Source: Amoebophrya sp. A120
Lineage: Eukaryota; Protista; Dinoflagellata
NCBI GenBank assembly: GCA_905178155.1
Contig: CAJINV010000005.1
Location: forward strand, 9,021,222 to 9,085,221
Length of the DNA stretch: 64,000 nt
Reading direction: 5' to 3'
Below, piece after piece: positions 52,501-63,900 of the stretch. The notes under the pieces are model-generated. The model did not search any database and was not told the DNA's origin. It saw only the letters and a list, made by a program, of their open reading frames with translations. Position 1 is the first letter of the stretch. Each line of letters begins with the position of its first letter. The position numbers and the translations under genes are program-made.

Positions 52501-54438
52501 CCAGGACAACGACCCCGCGTTTTTGTCCTTCACGCCAAACATGTTCATGTCCTTCCGAGCGCCGTAGATATCCACGCCGAGGTTGTTCGTCTCGTCAAAC
52601 AACTTCGGGTCCACATCGATCAGGACTTTCTGGTTCTGACGAAGCTTCTCCGCTTCCTGATTGATGATCGCGGAGGAATCCCCCGCGGAAGTGTCATCCA
52701 CGACGGAGTCCGCGTCCTTCGCATTTGCCATGTAGTCCCACTGGCGGACTAATTCCGATGGCTTCCCATCCTGCAAATAGCTCAAGGTCAACTCGGCCGG
52801 GTGCTTTAACGGTAACTCCTGGGCCTGCTCCGTGTGGTCGGTGAAGACCCAGTGGGTGCCGTCCTCGGATTTTTTGATCGTTTGCTGGATGTAGGGGGAG
52901 ATCTTCGTCGCGGAGTCACTCGCGCGTTTGATGTCGGACCGTAAGTCGGAATCGTCGAAGAGACCTTTCACCCCGCTTTTCGGATCGGTGACAACAGACG
53001 AGGAACTGTCGTCGGTGATAGAGCCCAACGCGTTCTTCCCGTACGGCACGATTTGGAACGTCCCCTGCTCGTTCTTGTGGATCTCCTCCGATTGGAGTAA
53101 CGACGTTTCGAGCGAAACGACATCCAAAGTCGCGAGTCTCTGCACCAGCTCCGGTTCGAGAAAGGCTAAAGGGCCTTATCAAGTGCAAATATCTCTGGGT
53201 CTGGAAATTTCAATTTGTGATGCTAAAATGTGCATGATGAAAACGCTTCCTCATGCAGGAAAGCATGACAAGTCATCTGCGCAACGCTTTATCATACACA
53301 GTTCGCATGACAAACTCCGTTTTTGTATGACGTGAGAGGCTGCCACTTTTGTTGGTCATGCAATACAGATTTCACAGGAATGCAAGACCAGCATTACAAG
53401 TTCCAACTTTCCCGACACAGACATTTTTGCATTTGATAGGCCCTTCACCGTGACAAACTTTTTCCCAGTAGAATCCGGCTCGGTCATGTGCTCCTTGTCC
53501 TTTCTTAACAACACCGCAATCGAGGCTTTCACCGCCTGGATGCTGTTCTGGTACTCGAATTTGTCCGCGATTTTCGGGTGCTGCCGCGCGATCTCGTCGT
53601 AGATTTGCTTCACCAAAGTTTGCAGAAACGGGTTGGCTTTTTTGAAAGCCGAGTCCCGATCTTTGTACTGGGGCTTCGTGCCTTCCGGGACGAACCCGAG
53701 TGGGCCGAAGAGCATCATGTGCCACAAGCGGGAGGCGAGCGTCGCCAAGGCCATTTCCAAATCCTTCAGCTCCGAGTAGAGCAACAGCAAAATCCTCGCC
53801 GTGGCGGAGATCGCCTCCTTCCGGTCGGACTCGATGTCGTCTAATAGAGTAACCGTCATGGCCAACGGTAATTCCAGCAGGTGTTGCGACTTTGCCGAGT
53901 CGAAGGGGTGGAGATTTTCATTGGACTGTAAAAAGCCGTGGATCGTCTGCACCCTCGCGTAAAACATCCCCGTTTGCGGGTCCACTGGGTTGACCTCGAC
54001 GACTTCCCCAGGCTCGATCACATCAATGACCTGCTTCGCGGTGTCGACATCATACAAATCGAGCTTTGTCGTCGCCAAACGCGGTTCGACCTGTTGTAAG
54101 TAAAACCGCATCATCGAAGTTTTCGTCTTCTTAATTTCCGAGGACTTCAAGCCCTGATCGGTTGGCCTGCGGAGTCTTCCCTCTTTATCCGCGGTGGAGC
54201 TGTGGCGGGATTTGCGCTCCGCCGGTTCGCTTGCTTCCGCAGCGGAACCGCGAGTAGCGCCGAGCGTCGCAAACCCGCCTGCCATGGTGCCGGGTTCGTT
54301 GCTCTGCGCCGGCCCGGCGGAGGAGTAGCGGGGCGAGTCTTTCTTACTGGAATCGCTGGACTGCTTGGATTTCTTCTTCGACGAGCCGCTGCTGGAGGAG
54401 CTGCTGCTCGACGAAGAGGACGAGGAAGAAGATGACAT
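40587..54438 (-). CDS. Very large hypothetical protein (18 introners plus several GT-AG introns)
   Basis: Long exon ORFs (53356-54438, 52288-53145, 47691-48662, 46359-47222, 44269-45411, 43426-44061) join in frame at the junctions checked. Ends ...DAVPYQIS*. No family recognised. Confidence 0.75.
40654..40910. mobile_element. Introner family A
   Basis: TIRs; DR gcctg/gactc. Confidence 0.85.
41228..41507. mobile_element. Introner family A
   Basis: TIRs; DR tgccg/tgccc. Confidence 0.88.
41979..42257. mobile_element. Introner family B
   Basis: TIRs; DR taatc/taatc. Confidence 0.9.
42303..42564. mobile_element. Introner family A
   Basis: TIRs; DR aacgc/agcgc. Confidence 0.9.
42907..43185. mobile_element. 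Introner family B
   Basis: TIRs; DR tcgac/tcgac. Confidence 0.9.
43237..43494. mobile_element. Introner family A
   Basis: TIRs, right end GCA; DR gcggt/gcgat. Confidence 0.88.
44087..44351. mobile_element. Introner family A
   Basis: TIRs; DR tcgcc/tcgcc. Confidence 0.9.
45821..46072. mobile_element. Introner family A
   Basis: TIRs; DR cctca/cctca. Confidence 0.9.
46147..46477. mobile_element. Introner family C
   Basis: TIRs; DR tccaa/tcaaa. Confidence 0.9.
47254..47481. mobile_element. Degenerate introner
   Basis: TATGCAA...TTGCATA; DR gcttt/acttc; frame restored. Confidence 0.75.
47547..47695. mobile_element. Introner family D
   Basis: TIRs; DR tgtcc/tgtcc. Confidence 0.9.
48670..48922. 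mobile_element. Introner family A
   Basis: TIRs, left end CAT; DR ggatt/ggatt. Confidence 0.9.
48978..49229. mobile_element. Introner family A
   Basis: TIRs; DR tgctc/tgctc. Confidence 0.9.
49988..50241. mobile_element. Introner family A
   Basis: TIRs; DR cgggg/cgggg. Confidence 0.9.
50788..51118. mobile_element. Introner, minor family
   Basis: TATCAA..TGAAAAGTGC TIRs; DR acgtg/acgtg. Confidence 0.88.
51571..51824. mobile_element. Introner family A
   Basis: TIRs; DR tggaa/tggaa. Confidence 0.9.
52186..52335. mobile_element. Introner family D
   Basis: TIRs; DR ttttc/tttcc. Confidence 0.88.
53177..53438. mobile_element. Introner family A
   Basis: TIRs; DR ggcct/ggccc. Confidence 0.9.
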
Positions 54439-57400
54439 TTTCTTATGGTGTAAAAGCTAAATTTTGGAATGTAAATTTATTTTCAGCAAGAGAAATAGTA
54501 GAATCAAATTTTTTTTCAAAAAGCAAAAAGCGTGCAGGCCAGCTGCAGCTTTAGCTCTATTAAGAGGGGAGACAAGAATGCGGTGAACTCTGACTCTGTG
54601 GTATCGAATTTTTGAAAAAAAAAGAACGTTCTGTCTGCTTGATTCCACTGATAGTTTTAAGTAATAGGGACAGTGCGACGTGTCATGGGTGCACGAAGAT
54701 GTTAGCTTTGGACGAATCGGTGTTACGATTAAAAGCACGAATTGACGTTGATCTTGCAACCAGCACGAGAAAGGATGAAGTTCACGTACGTAAAAGTCAC
54801 GATAGAAAAGCTGAACAACGTCTGCTGTGCACGAGAGAATTCTTTCTTGACGATTGTTTTTTGTTGTTGTCGAAAACCAAGTGGATGACAGCACGACTTT
54901 GACATCTTAGATGCATCACTTTGCGTTCCACGATGTACACAGGAATGTACGAAGTTCTTCTTCATAACGACGAGACGGCAAGAGATATAAAGCGTCAGAG
55001 AAGAATCTGCACGCGCAGGCGGGACAGAGAAGTCGTGACAACGCTACACTTTGCCAGGTGGTCTTCGAACATTTACTTTCTTACCCGCGAGGCAGAGATC
55101 ATTACCGCGATCGATACCCACCACAAACTTTTGTCACGGTGTCGGATAATTCACAACTTTGTCTCGCGTAGGACGAAGTACAGCTTTGTCTTGCCCCCCA
55201 GAGAAGCGACGCTTTCATACAGACGAGACGCCTACGGCTGCATAGCGCATTTACTAATCTATGATACGTGGAGCGTGCGCGATGGAGGGTAGGTAGAGCC
55301 TTGTCGAAAAACAACATACTTCACGACGCGCCGCCCTTTTCACGTTCCCGCTCCGTGCGGCAGGCGCGGGCGAAAAGCGAAATTTTTCACCGCCGAAGAC
55401 GAAAACAGTGTGGCTACCGCGCTCGCGCGGGAGGGAAGCGGAAGAGCCGCTTACCGGATCAAGCCCGCGGCGAAGATCTCGCAATCCGGTGCGGAACACC
55501 GCCGCGCGGCGATCTGCGTACGGTCTTGCGCCTTTTTTTGGATTTGTGGAGCGCAGTCAGTGCGGCACCGTAGCAGGAGCCGGCGTTTCGAAATTTCCAA
55601 AAATCGAAATGGCCGTCCGCCTTGGGTTGCAGTGGCTCCAAGCCGCAATCTGGAGCGGAGAGCGATTGCGCGGCGCTTTCCTTATTTTCCCCACGCTCTG
55701 AAAGGGGTCGAAACGCAGAGGGGGGCGGGGGCCAAAGTTTCGCACTTTTCAAAAATCCGAAGAATCGGGGCTCTACTTGCAAGGGGCCGCAGTGGTTTTC
55801 TGTCTTACGACGAGGTGGGAGCCCCACAGGCAAAACGCTTGGTATGGCAATGCAAGATAGATGCACCGCCCTCGCGCGTGCGTCTGCGCCTGTCCTTAAA
55901 GGTGGCCCAACTATGCTCACCCGCTTGCGCCTCTGGTGTTCACCATTTGCCATCGGTCCGCTGCATCGCGCACCGCCCGGGAGCGGTCCGCACCCTGATT
56001 GGCTCCGTTACCCGGACAGGCCGCCTGTGTACCGACGGCCCGGGCCCGCGCCGAAGCGCGCCCCCAAGCTAGGGACGTGGGGTGTTCTACCGCGGGGCGG
56101 CAGCGTCCGCGATCGTTGCCAGATCTGCGGGCGGACAACGATAGGCAGGGCGCCTTGGACCGGTAGCCCGCACCCGATTCCGGAGCGGGGCCACCATCGT
56201 CTGGGGGTGACGAAGGGGGAGGGGGGGGGCTGACAAGCCGGATTTTTCACATTTTCCCAAATTCAAAGAGCAACTGCAGGGGCGGAGTTGATCGCATTCA
56301 GCCAAGTAAAACCACGAGCAATAGTATGCAGATGGTGACCCTTCCTGGTATGCTTTCCACATACCTGAAGGGTAGAGATTAGGCTACTGTAGTTTTGGAT
56401 TTTTTTCGAAAACCAAGAAAACGCAGCAACGGCAGATCCACCAAATCTGCATCAGTGAAAAAAGCAAGCAATCCACCACAAAGAGCATATTGCCCTGGTC
56501 GTTTCCCAAGGGTTGTCTCATGTAGGGCATTTTTCCCCAAAAAGGTGCGCATTCATTTTTTTTCTATTTTTGCAATTTTCAAAAGTAACTCACTAAAGAG
56601 TATGTAGCTTAATTCTTCTGATTGATAAAATCACTCAGATTATCAAGATAACATCCACGAGACTGGATCTGGAGCATATTTCTGGCATCTTTGAAGCCCC
56701 GTGGAAATTTTTTAAAATTTTTGATCTTTCTAGTGTGCTAAAAAATTTACGAAATTGGAGCCTATCACCTGGAAGCGACACAACAAAAGAGCCAGAATCA
56801 CAGTTCTTCCATTATTATATATTAGAAATCCTAAACTGTTTTCTTTCAGCGATCGATCAAAACGAGATGCTTTTCTTTTCCAAAACCGACTTCAAATGTA
56901 CACTGATTTTTGCTTCAACCGATTCGCTTTTCGTCTTTTCCTTTCAGTCTAGAACCCGCGTTCGTTGTTTCCCTTAACAACAAAAAAGTTTCTTCAGCCT
57001 GCTATCGTTGGTTTTAATTCTTCGCCTCGGAAGGTCAAGAGTAATCTTGAGCCAACCTCGGCGCACATAAACAAAGGGCAAAATCATCGTTAGTTTGTGA
57101 GTTTTTCTCTCAGCTTTCCTTCGCTTTTCCTGCTAAGTGACAAGCAACAAAAAGTCTCTCTTTCCCGTGTTTTCTAGTAGTGTTTGTTGGTTGTCTACGA
57201 TCAAAAACAACTAAGAAAAGGTCCGAATTCTTGCGTTCTGCTCGCTCTTTTGCATGGTAAGTTCGAAGAAAGTAGACCGAAATACTTAACTTGTTCGCTC
57301 AAAAAACGATGGCATTCTACTTTTGCAACGTCGTATTTGTTCGGTCAAAGCCTATTGAAACACAGTGCGACAAGAGATAGAAAAAGCCTGTTTTCCTTGC

Positions 57401-57958
57401 GAGTAGTGCATTTTTCAGTGCGAAACAAAGATCGAAACGTAGTGCGAAACGACCTACAAATAGTGCGAAACCAAAACTGTAGAAATGCAATAAAACTAGT
57501 TCTAAAATAGCAGCAGTTCCTTTGCCTTGCTTCTTCCGCCTTCTTACAACCTTCTACTGCGGTGCAAAAGCAACGCAAACTTCCCCGGAAAAGCTTGGAC
57601 TGGTTCCACCACCTCGCTTTCACTGCATATTCCCGCGCGACCAGGAACATACCGCAAAATCCCAGAATGACCGCCGCCAAACTGTTCCCAACCGCAACCG
57701 CCAAATTCAATTCCACCAGGAAAAACACAAAGCACCAGCACCGCGCCGGTAAGGGGTAGTTGTTGATCTGACTCCATAAAATTCCCGTTTGGTGGTTTAT
57801 TTGTGGTAGAAATTTGCGCAGCACCCGCATCACCATCGAAATATCCTACATTTCTGTTACACCTCTTTTTTTCGTCGATGGTGATCCGGGGCTACTCGTG
57901 AAACACAAGATATTTCCAAAAATCGTTCTGAAACTGGTAGTACTTGAAAATCCCGTCA

Positions 57959-60900
57959 CTACTGCTGTTCTCCCGCGGAAAAGAAGCCCACACGTCGCTT
58001 GTAGAAGATTGTCTTTACCGCCCAGAAGGGTCTTCCGTCGATGAAAAACGAGGTCTTCGGTCCATCCCAGACGTCGTGGTGCTGTATCTCCTTCCCGTGC
58101 AGCGTGATCTTGAAGTGGGTAGTGCGTTGTGGTAAAAGGTTCTTGCTAACTGGTCCGTACTTCAGGTCGAGATTGGATAGTTGTACTGCTTTCGGCACCT
58201 TGAAGAAAATGGTGCAGATAGGTAAAAACTTGCTGTGCAGAAGTTCATCTAGTTCTCCGCGGTTTTTCGTACCGCATTGCTGCCAGGTATCGACGCAGCT
58301 CCGGATTTCAGTTTTTGTACTGGTAGTTCTTGATAAAAACGTCTGCCTTTCTCCGCGTAGCAAAATGCCGGCGCTGAGAAGGTATTGCTGCGGTGGGGAA
58401 AAGCTGGAGCACTGCATCATGTCGTTATGCCAGAAGACAACATAATCTTCTCCCTCGTCCCACTTTCCGCTACTCTTCCTTACTGGTGGAATTTCATTCA
58501 AAAATTTCACATCTTGTTTTTCTTCCTGAGGATGTAACAGGTGACGTCGCGGCTCACTTCCATGGTGATAAATCCACTGCTCCGCTGTTTCCGTCCATCC
58601 TACCGCTGACGCTGCCGTAACATACGACAACGCAGCCTGCGTAGCTGCTGGCTCCTGCAAGAGGTCTTCTTGTTCCGGATTCAAATCCATTTCCTCTTCC
58701 TCCACGTCCATACCAGTAGCGGGCAGCTCTCCTGCTTCAAAATTCGCACACTTGGTTGCGAATCGCTTCTGTTCTTCGGCGATAAATTTTCGAATCACCT
58801 TCATCACAGACTCGTCCGCAACACCCCACACGGAGAGGAGCAGCAACAGTGCGTCGGCGACGAGGCGAACTTCCTTGGTGAGCGCGTCTGTCCAGTTTTT
58901 CTTTCCCGCTATGTGTGCGATGGACATGACCTTGCCTTCTTGAAGTTGTAAAATGTTCATGTAGTCACTGCGCAGATTTTTCTCTTTTGGTTCTGCAAGA
59001 CAGTTGCGACTGTCGGTGAGCTGGAGGAGCACGTTGCCCAACCTGGTAAGGTGCAAGTCCAGCGCGAGTTGTGTCAGATACAAACTTTCTGAACACAGCA
59101 GTCGTTGTCCCAGTAGTTCAATACCCGTAGAACTATGGAACACTCTTTTCGGGCTTTTTGAAAAAGCAAGAAGAGTTGTGATAAAATCGGACTCCGGGCC
59201 GACTAGGTTCACCGTGCCGCCGACCCGCGACATAGATGCGTCCGCACATCCGATGACAAAGTGCTGGAGGAGGTCGCCAATCCGCATTACTCTCCGGCTA
59301 GCGCAGTCCATTTCGTTCGCGTACCAAATCAGGTTGTTCATGTCGCAGACATAATCTGCAACCTGTTCGTAGCTGTTTGCTTGTTCCGCTGGGATGAGTT
59401 GGCTTGCCAGCATGCTCGTCAGGCACAGGATGAGAGCTGCGGTTTTGGTGCTCCACAACAGTTCACCTATGCGTCCTCGAAACGGATTCTGTACTGCCTT
59501 CTTTTGCATTTTCGTGCGTGCAGTGTCGCGGTCGTGAAAAAACTGCAACACTTCAGCCTTCTCAATCGGTACCACTTTGGAGAGGTAGTTGGACTGGGAC
59601 ACCACGTAGACTACATCCTCGTGCTGTTCACACCAGTCGACTAGTTGCTTTGCGTCGAACTTCAGCGCTTCGACGTTGTTGTATGTGGTTGGACCTTGAT
59701 CGCGGGTGATATCATACTCGCGCTCCAGTCCGGAAATTTTGCTTTCATCCACCGGCCGTAGGAATTCCGCCGGGGTTTCAAATTCCATCTTTTCAAGCTC
59801 CGTTTTGTGCTTTTTCAGAGCTTGTTGTGTTTGGTAGCGGTGGATCTCGGTGGGAACCACGGAAATTTGCCGCCCGATAAAAGCATCTTTCCTCCCTGGC
59901 CGCAAGCAACTCCAGCTTCCTAATTCATATCGCCGAAAAAGCGCAAAATTTCGGAGCTGGTACAGCAACGTGCCACCGGAGAGGGTGTCATCAACATGAC
60001 TTCCCAGCGCTCCGAGCAAAGTGCCGCGGAGCTGAACATGCGAGGTCAGGGAGTTCAAGATTTTCTCACTTTCGATGTTCGCAAACGACCCACCGGGCTT
60101 CAGCGGAGCAGGATCCACGACGTTGTCTTTCTTGGCGCCGTAGATGACCCTTGCACACTGTTCCAAGTTTTCGGAGTCGACTGCTAGCAGTTGTTCTAAT
60201 TTTTCGTCGAAGTAGGCGCGGACAGCGTCCGGACCCCGTGCTAGTACTTCTTCTTCTTCCGGCGTCGCAGTACACACCCACAACGTCGGGTCGAGTTTGC
60301 TTTGCTGGTATCCAAGCGTGGTGAGCGAGGCGAACAGCGTCTTCATCCAATTGTACGGAGCATCCTTGCATCCGTAAATTGCTGCGATGAGTTCCACCAG
60401 ATCCGAGAAGCCGTAATCCTTCATGTTCTTGATCGTGTCCGGCACGGTCATCCAGATCTTGGAAGCAGAATCTTTGTAGTAGTCATCATTTTCGCCGTGC
60501 GCCGCGTCGAAGCTGAAACCCTTGAGGAAGGCTTCTTTAAAATCCCCGATCCAGGGCGACGTCTTTGTGGCCTGGAAAAACTGGAGAAGCGCAATCAGCG
60601 TCGTGTCGTGCATGGTGAAGCTGCGACAAGAAAGCGTCACGGAGGACTTCGGGCCAAACCTCTTGTCCAAAAATCCCCTGCTCACCCATCGGCTCTTTAC
60701 TTTCGTAACCCGCCCGCCTGGCTCGACCTTCACGGTTACCACCAAGCGACTAGTAAGCAGATTCATCTTCTTTTTCTCCGCCGGAGTTACACTGCTCCAC
60801 GAGCGATGTTCCCCGAAGATCTTGTGGTCGATGATCGCTTGTACTTCTCCTTTTACCGAGGGGATGAACAGCGATTCGAACCCGAGCTGGTACGCGGTTG

Positions 60901-63900
60901 CTTCATCTATCACAAGCGCGCTTGCTTTCGTTCCGTTTGCATGCTTCTGCAGGTTCTCTTTCACGGTGCGAGTGACTTCAAAATAAATCCGCGCGTACCA
61001 TGCATCGGATTCTTTGCTCCACTCTTCTGGCTTTTCTTCATCCAGAAATTCCGGCGCACACGTCGGTCCCCAGCGAAGAAGAATACTATTTCCGCGGAAC
61101 TGTTTCTCCGCAGGTTTGTTTTTCTTTATTTCGGTAGCTGTACACACGTAGCGGATGTCTTTCGAGTTGTCCTTCGCGTTGATCAGCTTTTTTATGCATT
61201 TGCCGTTCATCAACTGGCTCCACAACCAGCACACGTTGTCCGACGTCATGAGTCTGCCCATGTGCTGTTCTTTCTTGTGTAGATGTTGTTCCACCGCGGG
61301 GATGACAGAAAAGTCATACGCCCGCTCCACATTGGCGCCGCCATCATCTGGTTCTGCCACGGTGAGAAAAATCTTACCCTGCTGGACCTCGAGTTGCATG
61401 GCGCTGACGCAGTTACGAAGTTGCTTTTGTATTTTCGGATTAAGCTGGTAGATGTCAACTACAAGCTCGCCTGGTTCTAGCTTGATTCCTGCTTGATCGT
61501 ACAGGAATTCCGGCTCGGGGCGCGTGTTGAATGTCCAGAAAGACGAAGCAGGAGCCACCACCTTTTGTGCTCGCCGCGGAGGTGCAGGTTGATTATTTGC
61601 CGCTGCGCCGCGGGTTTTCCTCATGAGCTCTCGCTGCGAAACACGAGCTGCTCTTTCCACTGCTTCAAACTTTTCGCGAAAGTATGCATGTTTTTCTGCA
61701 GCGGCCATTTTTCCGAGAGATACAACTTCAGCTCGGAACGACGGTATCACGCCGATCACCGGCGCGTCCTCCTTTTTCTTGAAGGTGGTAGTCCCCACCC
61801 ATTCCTGATATCCCGCAAGCCGGGTGCGTCCTTTGCTGGTCTTGGGCTTCTTGATGTTGTCACTCAACACACGCACTGCTTCTTTTGGGAAGTTGAGGAG
61901 GCCGTATTCGGTTCTTCTCTCCCCGGTCAGGAACTCCCAGTTGATTCCTTCGCCCCGGTTCGGCAAAAACGCGCGCGTCCGAGGCTGAACGTGATATCGG
62001 ATAATTTCTGTTTCGGTTTCCACCCACTCGTCGTCTCGCCCAGCCGCAGAAGCGACGGATGGCAGTGCTGGCGCTACACCCTCGTCGGAAGACTCCAGCA
62101 AATTTTGCGCCACGCTGTCATCCCTGTTGCGTTGGATGTGGAACAGAGGATTGTCGTCGCGGCTTTCTTCTTCTTGTACCGGTGCAGCATCGCTGTCCGG
62201 CGTATCTTCATCGTCATCTTCTGAGTCCGATTCCTCGTCCTCGTTTAACGCAATCCGCCTTCGTTTTCCGGTCTTGTACTGGACTGGAAGCTCCGGGCGG
62301 ACTTCTGGATTGTCAGCGACATCTGCACTCCCATCTCCATGCACCAGTGCAGTATGTTGCAAGAGACGATTTCGGCTAGTGAAATTTCGATGACAAATTT
62401 TGCATGTGTGTCCTAGCTCTTCCGCACCTAGGGCTTCGCCGCGTAGCGTGCTGCGCGTGCCTTGTACAGCTGTGAGAGGATCTTGAAATATTGGATCTCC
62501 ATCTTCATCACGATGGGAGTGCAAGCGTTCCTGAATTTCCATCGCGGTGGACTCGTCGGGGTAGGATTCCAACGCAACTTTCATCGGGTCCTCCACCTGT
62601 ATTAGCGCAATGTCCGTGGGCTGGTAAAACGAAGTTCCCTGGCCCACCTGCACGTCGGCGCCGTGATCAAACACTGTTCGTACTGTTCCTGTTTCCCAGG
62701 AGCGAAAAGAGCCGTCGGGTCGTCGTACTAGTACTTCCATGTTGGGAGAGAGAAGAGACGAATCCAGGCAGCGTTTGTATGAACGTCCCACCAGCTCACG
62801 GCGTTGTAGTAACTGCTGCACGTCGAGGCGGGTGATCGCTTTTCGCACCGCGGACTGGATCTTCGCTTTGGTTTTGAACCAGTCATCCAAGTCGGCACTG
62901 AATTCCGGATCGTGATGCAGGTCAGCAGCGAGCCGCTCCCAGTCATGCGCTCCGGCATAGAAACTCCCGCTCGACAACGCAAACGGAGTGAGGCAGGTGG
63001 TGAGGATCGGCACGGAATTTATTTGGAAAACGTGCTCCCTCACTAATTCGTGCTTCAACGCGATCGAAACGTCGTTCTCGTCTGCGTCTGCTTCTTGTTT
63101 TAGCAATTCATCGAGTGCTTCCTCCATTGAAGAAGACAGCACTTCATGCGACGCTCGGCTCCACAGCAAAATTTCAAGCGAAGGGTCGAACGGCGTGGTG
63201 GTGTATTTCCAAACATTGGAGCGGTGTACACCATTCATTCTTTCTATTTTGGATATGCGGTTGGCTGCTTTGTACCCCGCGCGGACGAGGCGGATGTTCA
63301 GAGAGTTGCACACCTTGCGAAAAAGCTCGTTGCAAAACTCGACGCCCTCGCCCACCACAATTCGTTGTGGCGATCCTCCCGATAGCATTCGCAGCATCAT
63401 CACGCCACGCACTGCTGCTGCGGTAAGACCACCAGTTGTTTCTTCGGATAATTCACAGGAGCGGAGCCGTGTGCAGGTGTCCAAAACGTACACACACTTC
63501 CCCAGCCTGCTCTTCATGCTGTCCGCCACCCAGCACACGTTTTTGTTCGGCGAAAATTGGAGGAGCGAACCGCGCTCCATTATTCGCTTCGCATCATCCA
63601 GCGAGCGACATTTTGAACAGAAGCTTCTAATGCGCTTCATCGCCTTTTTCGCCGCGCCGCGGAAAAGATGCTCGAGCGCAGCTGAGTGTCCGAGCTGCTC
63701 GTGTTGTTTCTTCAACCACTGCAGTTCGCCCCGGGAAAGTGTTGGAAATTCCTGCTCCAGTTGGTCAATGCTGATTGAACTGGGGCGGGATTCTTCATTG
63801 CTGTTTTCGGCTGACTCCAGAAAGTTTTCCTCGTCTGAAGCTGCTTCTTCTTCCTCGCTCTGCACATCAGGATGTGAATCAAGATCGAGGCCAAGTTCGT

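Noticed and set aside
8-53400. Many short ORFs sharing peptides such as KMSGSGR, CLGLE, FQTQT and KTSPP as a protein family
   Set aside because: These are translations of introner TIRs in different frames, not genes.
55410-56250. Overlapping ~200-aa ORFs on both strands
   Set aside because: Explained by high GC and stop-codon scarcity, with no protein-like features.
57046-57055. Relic dinoflagellate spliced leader (TTGGCTCAAG, minus strand)
   Set aside because: A single 10-nt match is plausible by chance, and no gene start follows.
57345-57836. env-like ORF downstream of pol
   Set aside because: It is short with only one hydrophobic stretch and no other support.
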